A stretch of 64,000 nucleotides of DNA from Polyangiaceae bacterium (lineage in GTDB: Bacteria > Myxococcota_A > Polyangia > Polyangiales > Polyangiaceae): assembly GCA_044376115.1 (NCBI GenBank), contig JBILLK010000010.1:64001-128000 (forward strand). Reading direction: 5' to 3'. The notes beneath the pieces are model-generated. The model was not told the origin of the DNA. It saw only the letters and a program-made list of their open reading frames with translations, and did not search any database. Positions 1 through 9,228 of this stretch are shown in pieces (the stretch's first letter is position 1; each line of letters opens with the position of its first letter). The position numbers and the translations under genes are program-made.

Positions 1-1116
1 GACAATGACGCCCGCTTCGTATGGGGCTTCGTCAATCGTGCAATCGAGTCGGGCTGCGCTGCGGTCAACTATGTCGAGGCCGAGGGCGGCTCCCGCGAGG
101 GCGACCATTGGGTGGTTCCGGCCCGCGACAAAAGCAGCGGCGCCGCGTTCACCATCCGTGCCCGTGTACTGGTCAATGCCGCTGGCCCCTTCGTCGATGC
201 GAACAACGAGCAAACGGGCGTAACGACGACGACGAGACACGCCTTCTCCAAGGGCATTCACCTGCTCGTTGACCGGCTTACCCCCCATGACCGAGTCCTG
301 GCCTTCTTTGCCGACGACGGTCGCCCCTTCTTCGTGATTCCGATGGGCCCGCGCAGTTGCCTCGGCACCACCGACACCCCCGTCACAGATCCCGTGACCG
401 CCGTGACAGAGGAGGATCGACGCTTCGTTCTCGAGAACGTCAACAAGCGCCTCAAGCTCAAAAAGCCGCTCTCCGAAGAAGACATCATCGCTGAGCGCTG
501 CGGCGTAAGGCCGCTCGCCGTCAGCGGCGCCTCCGGCACGGGGGATTGGATGTCGCTGTCGCGCAAGCACGTGATCGAGGTCGACTCAGTGCGCTCCCAC
601 GTCAGCATTTTTGGGGGCAAGCTGACCGACTGCATCAACGTTGGCGAGGAGATGTTTCACGAGGTAACCAAGCTCGGCGTCAGCTTCTCTCGGCCAAAGG
701 AGCGCTGGTACGGTGAACCTGCCGCAGACGCGCTCGCGGAGTTCATGCAGAAGGCGGCGCAGATTCGGCTGGACGAAATGACGTCGCCGCAATCCTCCGA
801 GCTACTTTCTACGCGCTTGTGGCGTCGCTACGGGAAAGATGCCTTCACCCTGCTCGATCGCATTGCTGCAGATCGAACAGCGGCCGAGGTGCTGATTGAG
901 CGCGCTGAATATCTACGTTGCGAGATTGAGCTCGCGGCCGAGAAGGAAATGATCGAACGGCTCGAGGACTTCCTCAGGCGCCGCTCGAAGATCGCCTTGG
1001 TCGTTCGGCATGAGGACATCGCGCGGGCTCCAGGGCTCCGCGAGGCCTGCCGCATCCTGTTCGCCGATCAGGCTGAAGCGAAGCTCTGCGAGTGGCTCGA
1101 AAGCTCGGCCAGCTAG
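1..1116 (+). CDS. glpD: FAD-dependent glycerol-3-phosphate dehydrogenase/oxidase, 5'-truncated by the window edge
   Basis: Frame is open from base 1 (DNDARFVWGF...). Motifs VNAAGPFVD, SKGIHL, GTTD, GVRPL, GGKLT and LEDFLRRRS. Confidence 0.85.
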   Translation, partial: DNDARFVWGFVNRAIESGCAAVNYVEAEGGSREGDHWVVPARDKSSGAAFTIRARVLVNAAGPFVDANNEQTGVTTTTRHAFSKGIHLLVDRLTPHDRVLAFFADDGRPFFVIPMGPRSCLGTTDTPVTDPVTAVTEEDRRFVLENVNKRLKLKKPLSEEDIIAERCGVRPLAVSGASGTGDWMSLSRKHVIEVDSVRSHVSIFGGKLTDCINVGEEMFHEVTKLGVSFSRPKERWYGEPAADALAEFMQKAAQIRLDEMTSPQSSELLSTRLWRRYGKDAFTLLDRIAADRTAAEVLIERAEYLRCEIELAAEKEMIERLEDFLRRRSKIALVVRHEDIARAPGLREACRILFADQAEAKLCEWLESSAS

Positions 1117-1172
1117 CGCCAAGCGCGCCACAAAAGCGTGCCGCCCGAAAGCGAACGGGCTAAGGCGCTCGG

Positions 1173-2228
1173 ATGCTGCGCTCGAAAATCCTGGGCCTGG
1201 GCTCGTACGTCCCCGACCGCATCGTCACCAATGATGACCTCGCTCACTTCGACAATCGGCACGTGCGCCACGCCGAAAAGCAGATCGACATCACCGACGA
1301 ATGGGTGCGCGAGCGCACGGGCGTTGAACAGCGCCGCTACGTGCCGAACGACGAATCCACCACCTGCAGCGACTTGGCGCTGCGCGCGTCGCTGGCCGCC
1401 CTCGAGGACGCTGGCGTAGCGGCGAAGGAGATCGACTGCATCATCTACGCGACCCTTTCGCCCGATATTCACTTCCCCGGGTCGGGCGTCTTCCTGCAGA
1501 CGCGACTCGGGATCGGCGGAGCGGGCGGCTGCCCTTGCTTCGATATCCGTCAGCAGTGCTCGGGCTTCATCTACGGCCTGCAGATGGCCGACTCACTGGT
1601 TTTGACCGGCCACTACAAGCGCGTATTGGTCGTCGGCGCGGAGCTGCACAGCCACTCTCTGGACTTCACGACCCGCGGGCGTGACGTAATGATCCTGTTC
1701 GGGGATGGTGCAGGCGCGGCCGTCGTTGGCCCCGTTGAAACCGAGAACCCTCGCGAGGGCATCCTCTACACCAAACTCGGTGCAGACGGTGGCGGCGCCA
1801 AAGACCTTCACCTCAACGTGTTCGACTCGCGGCGTATGCCACATATCGAGTACACGGCCGAGTGGGGGGTACCGGCCCAAGCCTTCCCGCAAATGAACGG
1901 TAAGAAGGTGTTCCTCAATGCAGTAAGGGCGATGAACCTCGGCACCCGTGCAGCGCTCGAGAAGATGGGCTTTGGCTGGGATGACGTGGATTGGTTCGTT
2001 CCCCATCAAGCCAACCTCCGCATCAACGAGGCGGTCGCACGGCTCGCTGAGATTCCGGCTGAGAAGGTGCTCAATACCATTCAGTTCTACGGCAACACCA
2101 CCGCAGCCACGGTGCCGCTGACGATTGACCACCATCGCAAGGCCGGTCGCGTAAAGAAGGGTGACCTCGTGGTCTCCAGCGTGTTCGGCGCTGGCTTCAC
2201 TTGGGGTACGGCGATCTTCTCGGTCTAA
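1173..2228 (+). CDS. fabH: 3-oxoacyl-ACP synthase III (FabH family)
   Basis: GSYVP, QCSGF (catalytic Cys), FGDGAGA, PHQAN, GNTTAA and FGAGFTWG. Confidence 0.9.
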   Translation: MLRSKILGLGSYVPDRIVTNDDLAHFDNRHVRHAEKQIDITDEWVRERTGVEQRRYVPNDESTTCSDLALRASLAALEDAGVAAKEIDCIIYATLSPDIHFPGSGVFLQTRLGIGGAGGCPCFDIRQQCSGFIYGLQMADSLVLTGHYKRVLVVGAELHSHSLDFTTRGRDVMILFGDGAGAAVVGPVETENPREGILYTKLGADGGGAKDLHLNVFDSRRMPHIEYTAEWGVPAQAFPQMNGKKVFLNAVRAMNLGTRAALEKMGFGWDDVDWFVPHQANLRINEAVARLAEIPAEKVLNTIQFYGNTTAATVPLTIDHHRKAGRVKKGDLVVSSVFGAGFTWGTAIFSV

Positions 2229-2357
2229 CGTAGCTTTCTTGGCCAGCGTACGCGTTGTGGCGTAGGGCCTGGCGCTATGCATCGAATGACTCGCAATGGC
2301 TCGGTCGCCCCGTTATCCGAAGAGTGCGGCCGAAAGGCAGATGGCGTTCGCCATACT

Positions 2358-3089
2358 GTGCAACGGCGCGTCGGTGCGATGTTGGTAACGGCTTCGCTGC
2401 TCTCGGTTTCGGGCGCAGCAGCCGCCACCTCCGGGCGCGTTACGCGGTCCTTCGTGGTGGACGTTGAGCCCGGGAACGCAACCATGCTCGGCACCATCGA
2501 GATCGTTGGCAACGAGCCCAAAGAGAAGGGCGACAAGACCCGCGTCGATCTCTCGATCACCCCCGCTGGGCTCGCCGAAGGCAAGCCCGTCGCTGGCGAC
2601 AAGAAGAAGAGCAAGGGCACCGCCCCGAAGACCCACGAGCTTCATGTGGACGTGACGGTGTCGGCCAAGGACGCCGTGCAGTCGATCGAGGTGAGCGATC
2701 TCAACTTCGATGGCTACCGCGACCTTTGGATTTTACGTGAGAACAGCGCAGAAGGCGCTCGTTATGAGGCCTTCATCTTCGACCCGAAGCGCGGAAAGTT
2801 CAGCCAATCAGCCTTCTCGAGCGAGCTCGGTAAGCTGACCAACCCCGAGCTGGATCCTTTGGCCAAACACTACACCTCGCGACGCACCGGAGAGTCCCCG
2901 ACTCGGGTGGTTCACCGCGTGACGCAGGGCAAGCTCAGCGTGATTGAGAGCTGCGAGTTCAAGCCCTCAGCTAAGCCCGCCGATGGTGCTACCCAAGGAA
3001 CGTTGACGAAGAAGAAGCTTGTCGACGGCACCATGAGCGTCTCGAGCAAAGAGGTCGCGATCCCCAAAGGCTTCAACCCCTGCGAATGA
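2358..3089 (+). CDS. Secreted protein with an XAC2610-like C-terminal domain; start uncertain (2277, 2358 or 2379)
   Basis: Signal-peptide-like N-terminus; DLNFDGYRDL Ca-binding-type loop followed by YEAFIFDPKRGKF and NPELDP. Confidence 0.55.
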   Translation: MQRRVGAMLVTASLLSVSGAAAATSGRVTRSFVVDVEPGNATMLGTIEIVGNEPKEKGDKTRVDLSITPAGLAEGKPVAGDKKKSKGTAPKTHELHVDVTVSAKDAVQSIEVSDLNFDGYRDLWILRENSAEGARYEAFIFDPKRGKFSQSAFSSELGKLTNPELDPLAKHYTSRRTGESPTRVVHRVTQGKLSVIESCEFKPSAKPADGATQGTLTKKKLVDGTMSVSSKEVAIPKGFNPCE

Positions 3090-3096
3090 GCCGAAC

Positions 3097-4905
3097 CTAG
3101 AACCACCCGTCTTCCATCTCGAGGGTGGTGGTATCTCTCGCCGCAAGCACGGAGAGCCAAGCGTCCACCTTGGGCAACTCGTAGCCGAAGAAGTAGCGAC
3201 ACGCCATGAGCTCGCCCCGATAGAACGATTCATCGTCCGCCGGCCGGTCAGCCCGCGTTGCCACGATGGCGAGTTCGAGCCATGTCCAAGCAAGGACGAT
3301 GTGCCCGAGCGCCTGCATGTAGTTGGTCGCATTGGCGAGCGCGGCCTTTGGGTCGCCGCCGGCAAACAGGGAGGAGGTCACCGACCCAAGCTCCATAACC
3401 TTGCCCGCCAATGCCTCTCCCCACGGCTGCAGAGCTGGCTCTAGCGAGGCTTTGCTCACGGTCCGTTGGATTCTCTCGGACAGCGCAAACAGCGCTGCGC
3501 CACCTTTCATCGTCACTTTCCGTCCCAAGAGGTCGAGCGCTTGAATGCCGTGGGTGCCCTCGTGAATCGCGTTTAAGCGATTATCCCGGTACATGCGCTC
3601 TACTGGATAGTCCCGAGTGTAGCCGTACCCGCCGTGCACTTGGATCGCTAGGCTATTGCCCTCGAGGCAAAACTCCGAGGGCCAGCTCTTGGCGATCGGC
3701 GTTAGCAGCGATAAAAGCAGCGATGACTGCTCGCGGACGTGAGCCTCCTCCGCGGTGCGCTCCTCATCGACTAGCCGCGCGCAATAGAGATTGAGCGCCA
3801 ACGCGCCCTCCGCATAGGCCTTCTGCGCAAGCAACATTCGCCTTACATCCGCGTGCTCGATGATGGGGACCTGAGCGGACTCTTGATTACGTTCTCCAAG
3901 TCTGCGCCCTTGGGGGCGGTTCCTCGCGTAATCGAGCGAATGCAGAAACCCCGTCATGCCAAGACAAGCAGCGCCCAATCCCACGGTGATGCGTGCCTCA
4001 TTCATCATCTGGAACATACAAGCGAGCCCCTGATGGACCTCCCCAACGAGATAGCCCAAAGCCCCTGGCGCCGAGCCGGGGAGAAAGCGCCCATCGCCAA
4101 AGGCCAATAGCGTATTCACTGTACCGCGATAGCCCATCTTGTGATTGAGCCCGACCAGCGAAACATCATTCCGCTCGGCCAACTGACCCTGTTCATTCAC
4201 GAGAAAGCGCGGCACCAGAAAGAGCGAGATGCCCTTGCTCCCAGGCGGCCCACCCGGAATCTTGGCGAGCACCAAATGCACGATGTTCTCCGCGAGCTCG
4301 TGCTCACCGCCAGAGATCCACATCTTGCTGCCGAAGAGGCGATAACTACCATCGGCTTGCGGTTCAGCTCGCGTGGTCAAGTCTCCGAGGGAGGACCCAG
4401 CTTGCGGTTCCGATAGGCACATTGTGCCGAAGAAGCGACCTTCCAACATCGGTTTGAGATAGTGCTCGATCTGGCTTTGCGAGCCGTAACGCGCCAGCAG
4501 ATTGGAGGCGCCAATGGTCAGTAGCGGATAGGACGCAGTCGCAACATTGGCAGCCAAGAACCAGGCAAAGCCCGCCTTTTCAACCACCATCGGCAACTGC
4601 ATCCCGCCGATCTCCTCGTCGTGGCCGGCGGCAACCAGACCCGCCTCACCGAAGGCGCGGAGAGCTTGCTGGATCTCGGGGATGAGCATTACCTGGCCGC
4701 CCTCGAGCCGCGGCTCGTGCTCATCCGACTTCTTCGCGTGCGGAGCAAACAGCTCCGTTGCCATCCGTTCGCAGGTCGCCAGCATCACCTCCAGGTTCTC
4801 TCGGGTGTGGCTCTGATAACGCGGTCGCTGAAGCAAAGCCTCCGTATCCAACCACTCGAAAAGCAGGAAGGAGAGCTGACGACGCGAGAGCAGCTTGGAG
4901 TTCAT
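3097..4905 (-). CDS. Acyl-CoA dehydrogenase (long, about 600 aa type)
   Basis: GTMCLSEPQAGS, GSKMWISGG, KMGYRG, MMNEAR, QVHGGYGY and IHEGTHGIQ. Start placed at MNSKLL. Confidence 0.92.
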   Translation of the reverse strand: MNSKLLSRRQLSFLLFEWLDTEALLQRPRYQSHTRENLEVMLATCERMATELFAPHAKKSDEHEPRLEGGQVMLIPEIQQALRAFGEAGLVAAGHDEEIGGMQLPMVVEKAGFAWFLAANVATASYPLLTIGASNLLARYGSQSQIEHYLKPMLEGRFFGTMCLSEPQAGSSLGDLTTRAEPQADGSYRLFGSKMWISGGEHELAENIVHLVLAKIPGGPPGSKGISLFLVPRFLVNEQGQLAERNDVSLVGLNHKMGYRGTVNTLLAFGDGRFLPGSAPGALGYLVGEVHQGLACMFQMMNEARITVGLGAACLGMTGFLHSLDYARNRPQGRRLGERNQESAQVPIIEHADVRRMLLAQKAYAEGALALNLYCARLVDEERTAEEAHVREQSSLLLSLLTPIAKSWPSEFCLEGNSLAIQVHGGYGYTRDYPVERMYRDNRLNAIHEGTHGIQALDLLGRKVTMKGGAALFALSERIQRTVSKASLEPALQPWGEALAGKVMELGSVTSSLFAGGDPKAALANATNYMQALGHIVLAWTWLELAIVATRADRPADDESFYRGELMACRYFFGYELPKVDAWLSVLAARDTTTLEMEDGWF

Positions 4906-5017
4906 CGCGTTCGACGGTGCGAACAAACGAAGCGCGATGCAAGTGGCATCGCGCTTCGAGTTCCCTTCGCTGCAGTTCTTTCGGACTGGGAGCGAGGCTG
5001 CTTGGTTGTCGGAAGTG

Positions 5018-6553
5018 TCAGCGGGTGAGCGCGTCACGAGCGGCGTCGGCAACGCCTTCGTAGTGCGACTGTGTCAGCTGCGTGAGCATCTTCTTGGCGG
5101 CGGGATGCTCGGCGTGCCGACGCAGCCCGTTGAGCACAGCCCACGCCATATCGCTCGAGCCATCCTGGGTCAGGAGCTGGCCATAGAGCTGGGCGGCCTG
5201 CTCCGGTCGCATCATGACGGCCATGCTGCCGATACACTCGTAGCGAACCTCCGCTGAAGGATCTTGCTGAGCGGCTTGCTGAGCGAGGGGGAGCAATTGC
5301 GGGAGCTCCTCGAGGTTGCAAAACTGGAACGCCATCGCCCGCCGTACTTCCTCGTCTTGGTCGCTCATCAAGCGCGAGGCGAGCCCCCAGATTCGCTGGA
5401 AAGCCTCTTTGGGCAGACAATGAAGGCTGCTCGCGATCTCCTTCTTCACTTCGCGGTTGGGGTTTGCCGCGTGCTTCTCGAACACGGTCAGCGTGAGCTC
5501 GCCCATCCCGTAGTGGTGAGCGAAGGCGAGCGTCGACATGCACGCCGCCTGCACCTCGGCGCTAGGGTCTCGATCAGCCTGATTGGCGACGCCATGCATG
5601 ACTTGTTGGTCGTCTCGATAGCTGGAGAAGCCACCAATCGCAGCCGCACGCACCTGGGGATCCGGGTCCTGAGTCAGTGCGATCAGCAGCTCGCGCTTGC
5701 CATTGAACTTCTCCGCTGAGTGAAAGCGCAACCCGCTCGCGACTTCGCGTCGGATGTGAGCGTCACCCGCCTGGGCTAACTGCTGTACGAGCTGATAGGC
5801 GCCTTCCTCGGCGAACTTGCAGGCCGCCACGATCACCTGATCAAAGGTGGCTTGATCGAGCCCGGGGATGTTGGCGACGGCGTAAAGCGTCTGCAAGTGC
5901 TGGGGCTTTACTCGATTATCCACCAAGTTGGCCCAGGCCGTCAGCGCGGCGCGACGAACGTTGACCGTCCCCTGCGCCATCAAGTGAGACAGATAAGGCT
6001 CAATCTCCATTAGTTGCGAGCCCTCGGAGTAGCAGGCAATGAACAAGTCATTGAGCGCGTCCTCGAGTTCGTGCTCTTGCTGGCTTCGCAGAGCGGGATA
6101 GCGCGAGAAGATCTCCTCGATCGGCAACAGCCTGAATTCGTCATCGGAGGCGTCCACCACCTTGAGCTCTTTGCTGTCGCTCGGGTCCTTCACGCCGGGA
6201 ATGTCGGCCGCGGCCATGACCGTGTACGAGACGTTGTGCGCTGTGGTCTCGGTGCCGTGCGGAACGGTGAAGCGGAAGGCGAAGTTCTTGACCGACTCGG
6301 GCGCGAGGTCTTCACCAGCGGCCACCGTCTGAGTGAGTAGGATCTCGGTCTTGATGTCCGGCAGACTTTGACCTTCTCGCGAATGCACCGAGACAAAGAG
6401 CAGTTTGACCGTGAGTTCCGTGAGCTTGAGCGGCTTCTTACCGCCGTGCAGGGTGATCTTTCCGCCAACCACGCCGCCTGCCGAAGCCTGCGGAGTGTCG
6501 AGTGTCATCGTGAGTTTGGTTCCCCCGCCGAACATCGAATCGAGCATTCCCAT
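5018..6553 (-). CDS. Spo0M/arrestin-like N-terminal domain fused to HEAT repeats
   Basis: N-terminal beta-sandwich pattern (GKITLHGG...FAFRFTVP...ADIPGVKDPSD); repeated DPxxxVRxAA HEAT motifs. Confidence 0.7.
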   Translation of the reverse strand: MGMLDSMFGGGTKLTMTLDTPQASAGGVVGGKITLHGGKKPLKLTELTVKLLFVSVHSREGQSLPDIKTEILLTQTVAAGEDLAPESVKNFAFRFTVPHGTETTAHNVSYTVMAAADIPGVKDPSDSKELKVVDASDDEFRLLPIEEIFSRYPALRSQQEHELEDALNDLFIACYSEGSQLMEIEPYLSHLMAQGTVNVRRAALTAWANLVDNRVKPQHLQTLYAVANIPGLDQATFDQVIVAACKFAEEGAYQLVQQLAQAGDAHIRREVASGLRFHSAEKFNGKRELLIALTQDPDPQVRAAAIGGFSSYRDDQQVMHGVANQADRDPSAEVQAACMSTLAFAHHYGMGELTLTVFEKHAANPNREVKKEIASSLHCLPKEAFQRIWGLASRLMSDQDEEVRRAMAFQFCNLEELPQLLPLAQQAAQQDPSAEVRYECIGSMAVMMRPEQAAQLYGQLLTQDGSSDMAWAVLNGLRRHAEHPAAKKMLTQLTQSHYEGVADAARDALTR

Positions 6554-6632
6554 ATGGACCTCCAGGCTCTCGATACGATGAGAGCGAGCCAGGCCTTGTA
6601 CGGCGAACCGAGGGTATTCCCCCCTGCTGCAG

Positions 6633-7010
6633 CTAGCGGCTACTCTCGCGCGAGTCCGCCATCGCTTGAGCCAAGCCCTGACTAAACTTTTGGCGGTCGG
6701 AGAGGATCGTAAGGTCGCGACCGATCACCAACGCTGACACGCTCAAGGCCATCGCTAGGACCTTGGACTTCACGAGGAAGACAGGGAAGACCAACTTTTC
6801 TTTGGTAGCTGCCCAGTCGCGGTAGGGCGAGCGCACCTCAGGGTCAAAGCCGGTGATACCCGTCCAGTCATGAAAGACCTGCAGCGTTTGACCTTTCATC
6901 AACAGGCGATCGATACGTTGCGTGTAGAAGTGCAGCGCGTCCAATTCGACGTGCCCGCTGACGCGGGTGCATACAAGCGTCGGCGTCAGCACCCAAAACA
7001 GCGCCTCCAT
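6633..7010 (-). CDS. Hypothetical STAS/SEC14-like small protein; start may be 7094
   Basis: RVSGHV...VFHDWTGITGFDPEVR...FLVKSKVLAMALS pattern typical of myxobacterial STAS-like proteins. Confidence 0.55.
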   Translation of the reverse strand: MEALFWVLTPTLVCTRVSGHVELDALHFYTQRIDRLLMKGQTLQVFHDWTGITGFDPEVRSPYRDWAATKEKLVFPVFLVKSKVLAMALSVSALVIGRDLTILSDRQKFSQGLAQAMADSRESSR

Positions 7011-7138
7011 CCGTTGCCCGGCCAAACGCTCGGCCTTCTCCTCGTTGAGCTCCACCCGGCGATGAGGGTAGTCCAACTCGCAGCCGATTCGCACCCCTTC
7101 TCACGCTAACGACGTGAATCGAGCGCAGCGGTCCTCCG

Positions 7139-8347
7139 TTAGCGCAACACACCCAAGCGTCTTCGAGGAGTCACGCGGCTGGGCTGCCAATTCGTCTCCG
7201 TTGCCGCAGGCTCGACGATGACGTCCCACTGCCCATGGTCGAAGGGAGAGCCATCTCCAACCGCAACAGGAACGAGTCGCTCACGCAGCCCCTGCTCCTT
7301 CATCTTGAGCGCGCGGTGATGGCAATACGGGTTATTGCCTCGCCGACCAAAGAATACGTGCGCTGTCCAGGAGCAACCGCCTTTGCAGATCGTGCGATAG
7401 TAGCAACCGCCACAATAGCCCCATAGCTCCGCCATACGGTCTTGGCGATTGAAGGTTAGCGCCGAAGCGTTTTGCCAAATCGACTCGATGCTTTGGCTGC
7501 GCACGTTGCCCCCGACGTAGCCCGCGGTTGGCAAGGAAGGGCAGCCCTTCACAGCGCCGTCTGCCTCTAGCCCAAGCCCGGCGATTCCAGCGTGACAGCC
7601 CTGGAAGTGGGCCACTTCTCCGGGCCGCGCCACCACACCGCGCAGCTCCTGCTCATGGGGCCCGAAGTATCCAACGTTGTTGCCTGGGAAAAGCCGCAGC
7701 CCCCCAGCCTTCGCTCTTCTCGCCAGCTCAGCCAACTTGGGGAACACGAGCAGAAGGTCCTCGGGTTGGAACAGCCAATCCGGATGCTCTTGGGCACGCC
7801 CCATCGGGACCGTCATAGCGACCTGCCAGCCGTGCGCCCCGTGCGCGAGGAACAGGTCCAACATCGCGTCGAGGTCAGGGAACGATAGGCGGTTGAGCTG
7901 GGAGTTAGCGGAGACAGGGACGCCGGCCTCACGCAGGTTCTCGAACGCGTTCACCGCCCGTTCAAAGCTGCCCACCACACCGCGTTGCACGTCATGGGTC
8001 TCGCCGATCCCGTCGACCGAGATGCTCACGCTATCCACGCGAGCGGCCTTGGCCGTGCGTGCCAGCTCCTTGGTAAAGCCGCGCCCGCCCGTCACCATGC
8101 TGCAGATCATCCCAGCATCCGAGATCGCGCTGGCGATCTCCGCCCAGTCTTCTCGAAGGTAGGCCTCACCGCCGATCAGCGACACTTCGCGCGCGCCCAT
8201 CTGGGCTAGCTGCGAAACGACGTCGAGCGCCTCCCGCGTCGAGAGCTCCCCTTCCCGCTTCTTGGCCGCTCGCGAGCCGCAGTGCCCGCACGCTAGATCG
8301 CAGGCGAGCGTCAGCTCCCAAACGACGTGCCGAAGGGTCGTTGCCAT
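7139..8347 (-). CDS. Radical SAM/SPASM peptide or protein maturase, splicease (PlpX)-like candidate
   Basis: VWELTLACDLACGHCGSRA (CxxxCxxC), IGGEAYLR, SVSISVDG; SPASM cysteines CHAG..GCPSL..CGGCYYRTICKGGC..NNPYC. Confidence 0.88.
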   Translation of the reverse strand: MATTLRHVVWELTLACDLACGHCGSRAAKKREGELSTREALDVVSQLAQMGAREVSLIGGEAYLREDWAEIASAISDAGMICSMVTGGRGFTKELARTAKAARVDSVSISVDGIGETHDVQRGVVGSFERAVNAFENLREAGVPVSANSQLNRLSFPDLDAMLDLFLAHGAHGWQVAMTVPMGRAQEHPDWLFQPEDLLLVFPKLAELARRAKAGGLRLFPGNNVGYFGPHEQELRGVVARPGEVAHFQGCHAGIAGLGLEADGAVKGCPSLPTAGYVGGNVRSQSIESIWQNASALTFNRQDRMAELWGYCGGCYYRTICKGGCSWTAHVFFGRRGNNPYCHHRALKMKEQGLRERLVPVAVGDGSPFDHGQWDVIVEPAATETNWQPSRVTPRRRLGVLR

Positions 8348-8359
8348 CGCACTTACCGA

Positions 8360-8782
8360 CTACTGCCGTTGCTTCGGATCGCGCGGGGGCGGGCCGTACA
8401 CCTTGACCGAGGGCTTCACGGTGGGCGCGGCGCTTGGAACAGCGCTTGGGGTGGCGCTCGCTGATGCGCTCGGGACAGGCGTTGGGAGCGGCAATTCCCG
8501 AGCAGACGGGTCTACCGGCGGAGGACCGTAGACGGCCACCATCTCATTCGGATTGGGCGTTGGTGCTGTATCAGCCGATTGGGCTGCGCTGGCGGAAACG
8601 CGCGCGTCCGGGTCGACCGGCGGAGGGCCGTAAACGTCATTGGGCGCGCTGCAGGCTGCGGCGAGACTGAGCACCGCGGTGAGCGCCAAAAGGTTGGGGC
8701 GACCACGCAGCCCGCAATGAGGACAGGCAACTTCAGCACCGAAGGCGTGGCAACCGCACGAGGGACAGACGACCAGCGACAT
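8360..8782 (-). CDS. Small Zn-ribbon lipoprotein with three VYGPPP motifs; putative rSAM substrate
   Basis: CPSC..H..CPHC, hydrophobic helix, lipobox-like LAAAC, three VYGPPP in an Ala/Ser/Pro linker; ends 12 bp before the rSAM start. Confidence 0.8.
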   Translation of the reverse strand: MSLVVCPSCGCHAFGAEVACPHCGLRGRPNLLALTAVLSLAAACSAPNDVYGPPPVDPDARVSASAAQSADTAPTPNPNEMVAVYGPPPVDPSARELPLPTPVPSASASATPSAVPSAAPTVKPSVKVYGPPPRDPKQRQ

Positions 8783-8805
8783 GGCCCGAAGTTACCACGC
8801 CCACC

Positions 8806-9135
8806 TTACTTTCGTTGATTTGGATCACGCGGCGGCGGACCGTAGACCTCGCTCGGAGAGTTGGCCGTATTGGGCAATTCGGTAGCCGACGGCTCGCTGG
8901 AGGCCGGCGCCGAGGCGGAGGCCGAGGTTGCGGCCTCGCGTGCGGATGGATTGACCGGAGCTGGCCCGTAAACACCTACTACATGGTCTGCGTGGTTAGT
9001 GCATCCGACCGCCGCCAAGCCCAACGCCAACGAAAGCGCAAGCAGCGTAGGCCTACCGCGAAGACCACAATGAGGACACTCGGCCTCACTCGCGAACGCA
9101 TGTCGTCCACACGAGGGGCAAACGATCAGCACCAT
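8806..9135 (-). CDS. Paralogous Zn-ribbon lipoprotein with VYGPAP and VYGPPP motifs; putative rSAM substrate
   Basis: Start MVLIVCPSCGRHAF aligns with the neighbour's N-terminus; lipobox-like AVGC; shared C-terminus VYGPPPRDPxQ. Confidence 0.8.
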   Translation of the reverse strand: MVLIVCPSCGRHAFASEAECPHCGLRGRPTLLALSLALGLAAVGCTNHADHVVGVYGPAPVNPSAREAATSASASAPASSEPSATELPNTANSPSEVYGPPPRDPNQRK

Positions 9136-9228
9136 GCGCTGAACCCTATCATGCGCGCAGCAAGCTCGTCTGCGGTCCGCAAGCCGTCTGATGCATCCAC
9201 CTTCGGCGGAATGGACTAGCCTGGGCGG

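Noticed and set aside
7139..8347. pqqE or heme-biosynthesis (nirJ/ahb) assignment for the rSAM
   Set aside because: No pqq, nir or ahb genes nearby; the adjacent YG-repeat ORFs better fit a peptide or protein maturase.
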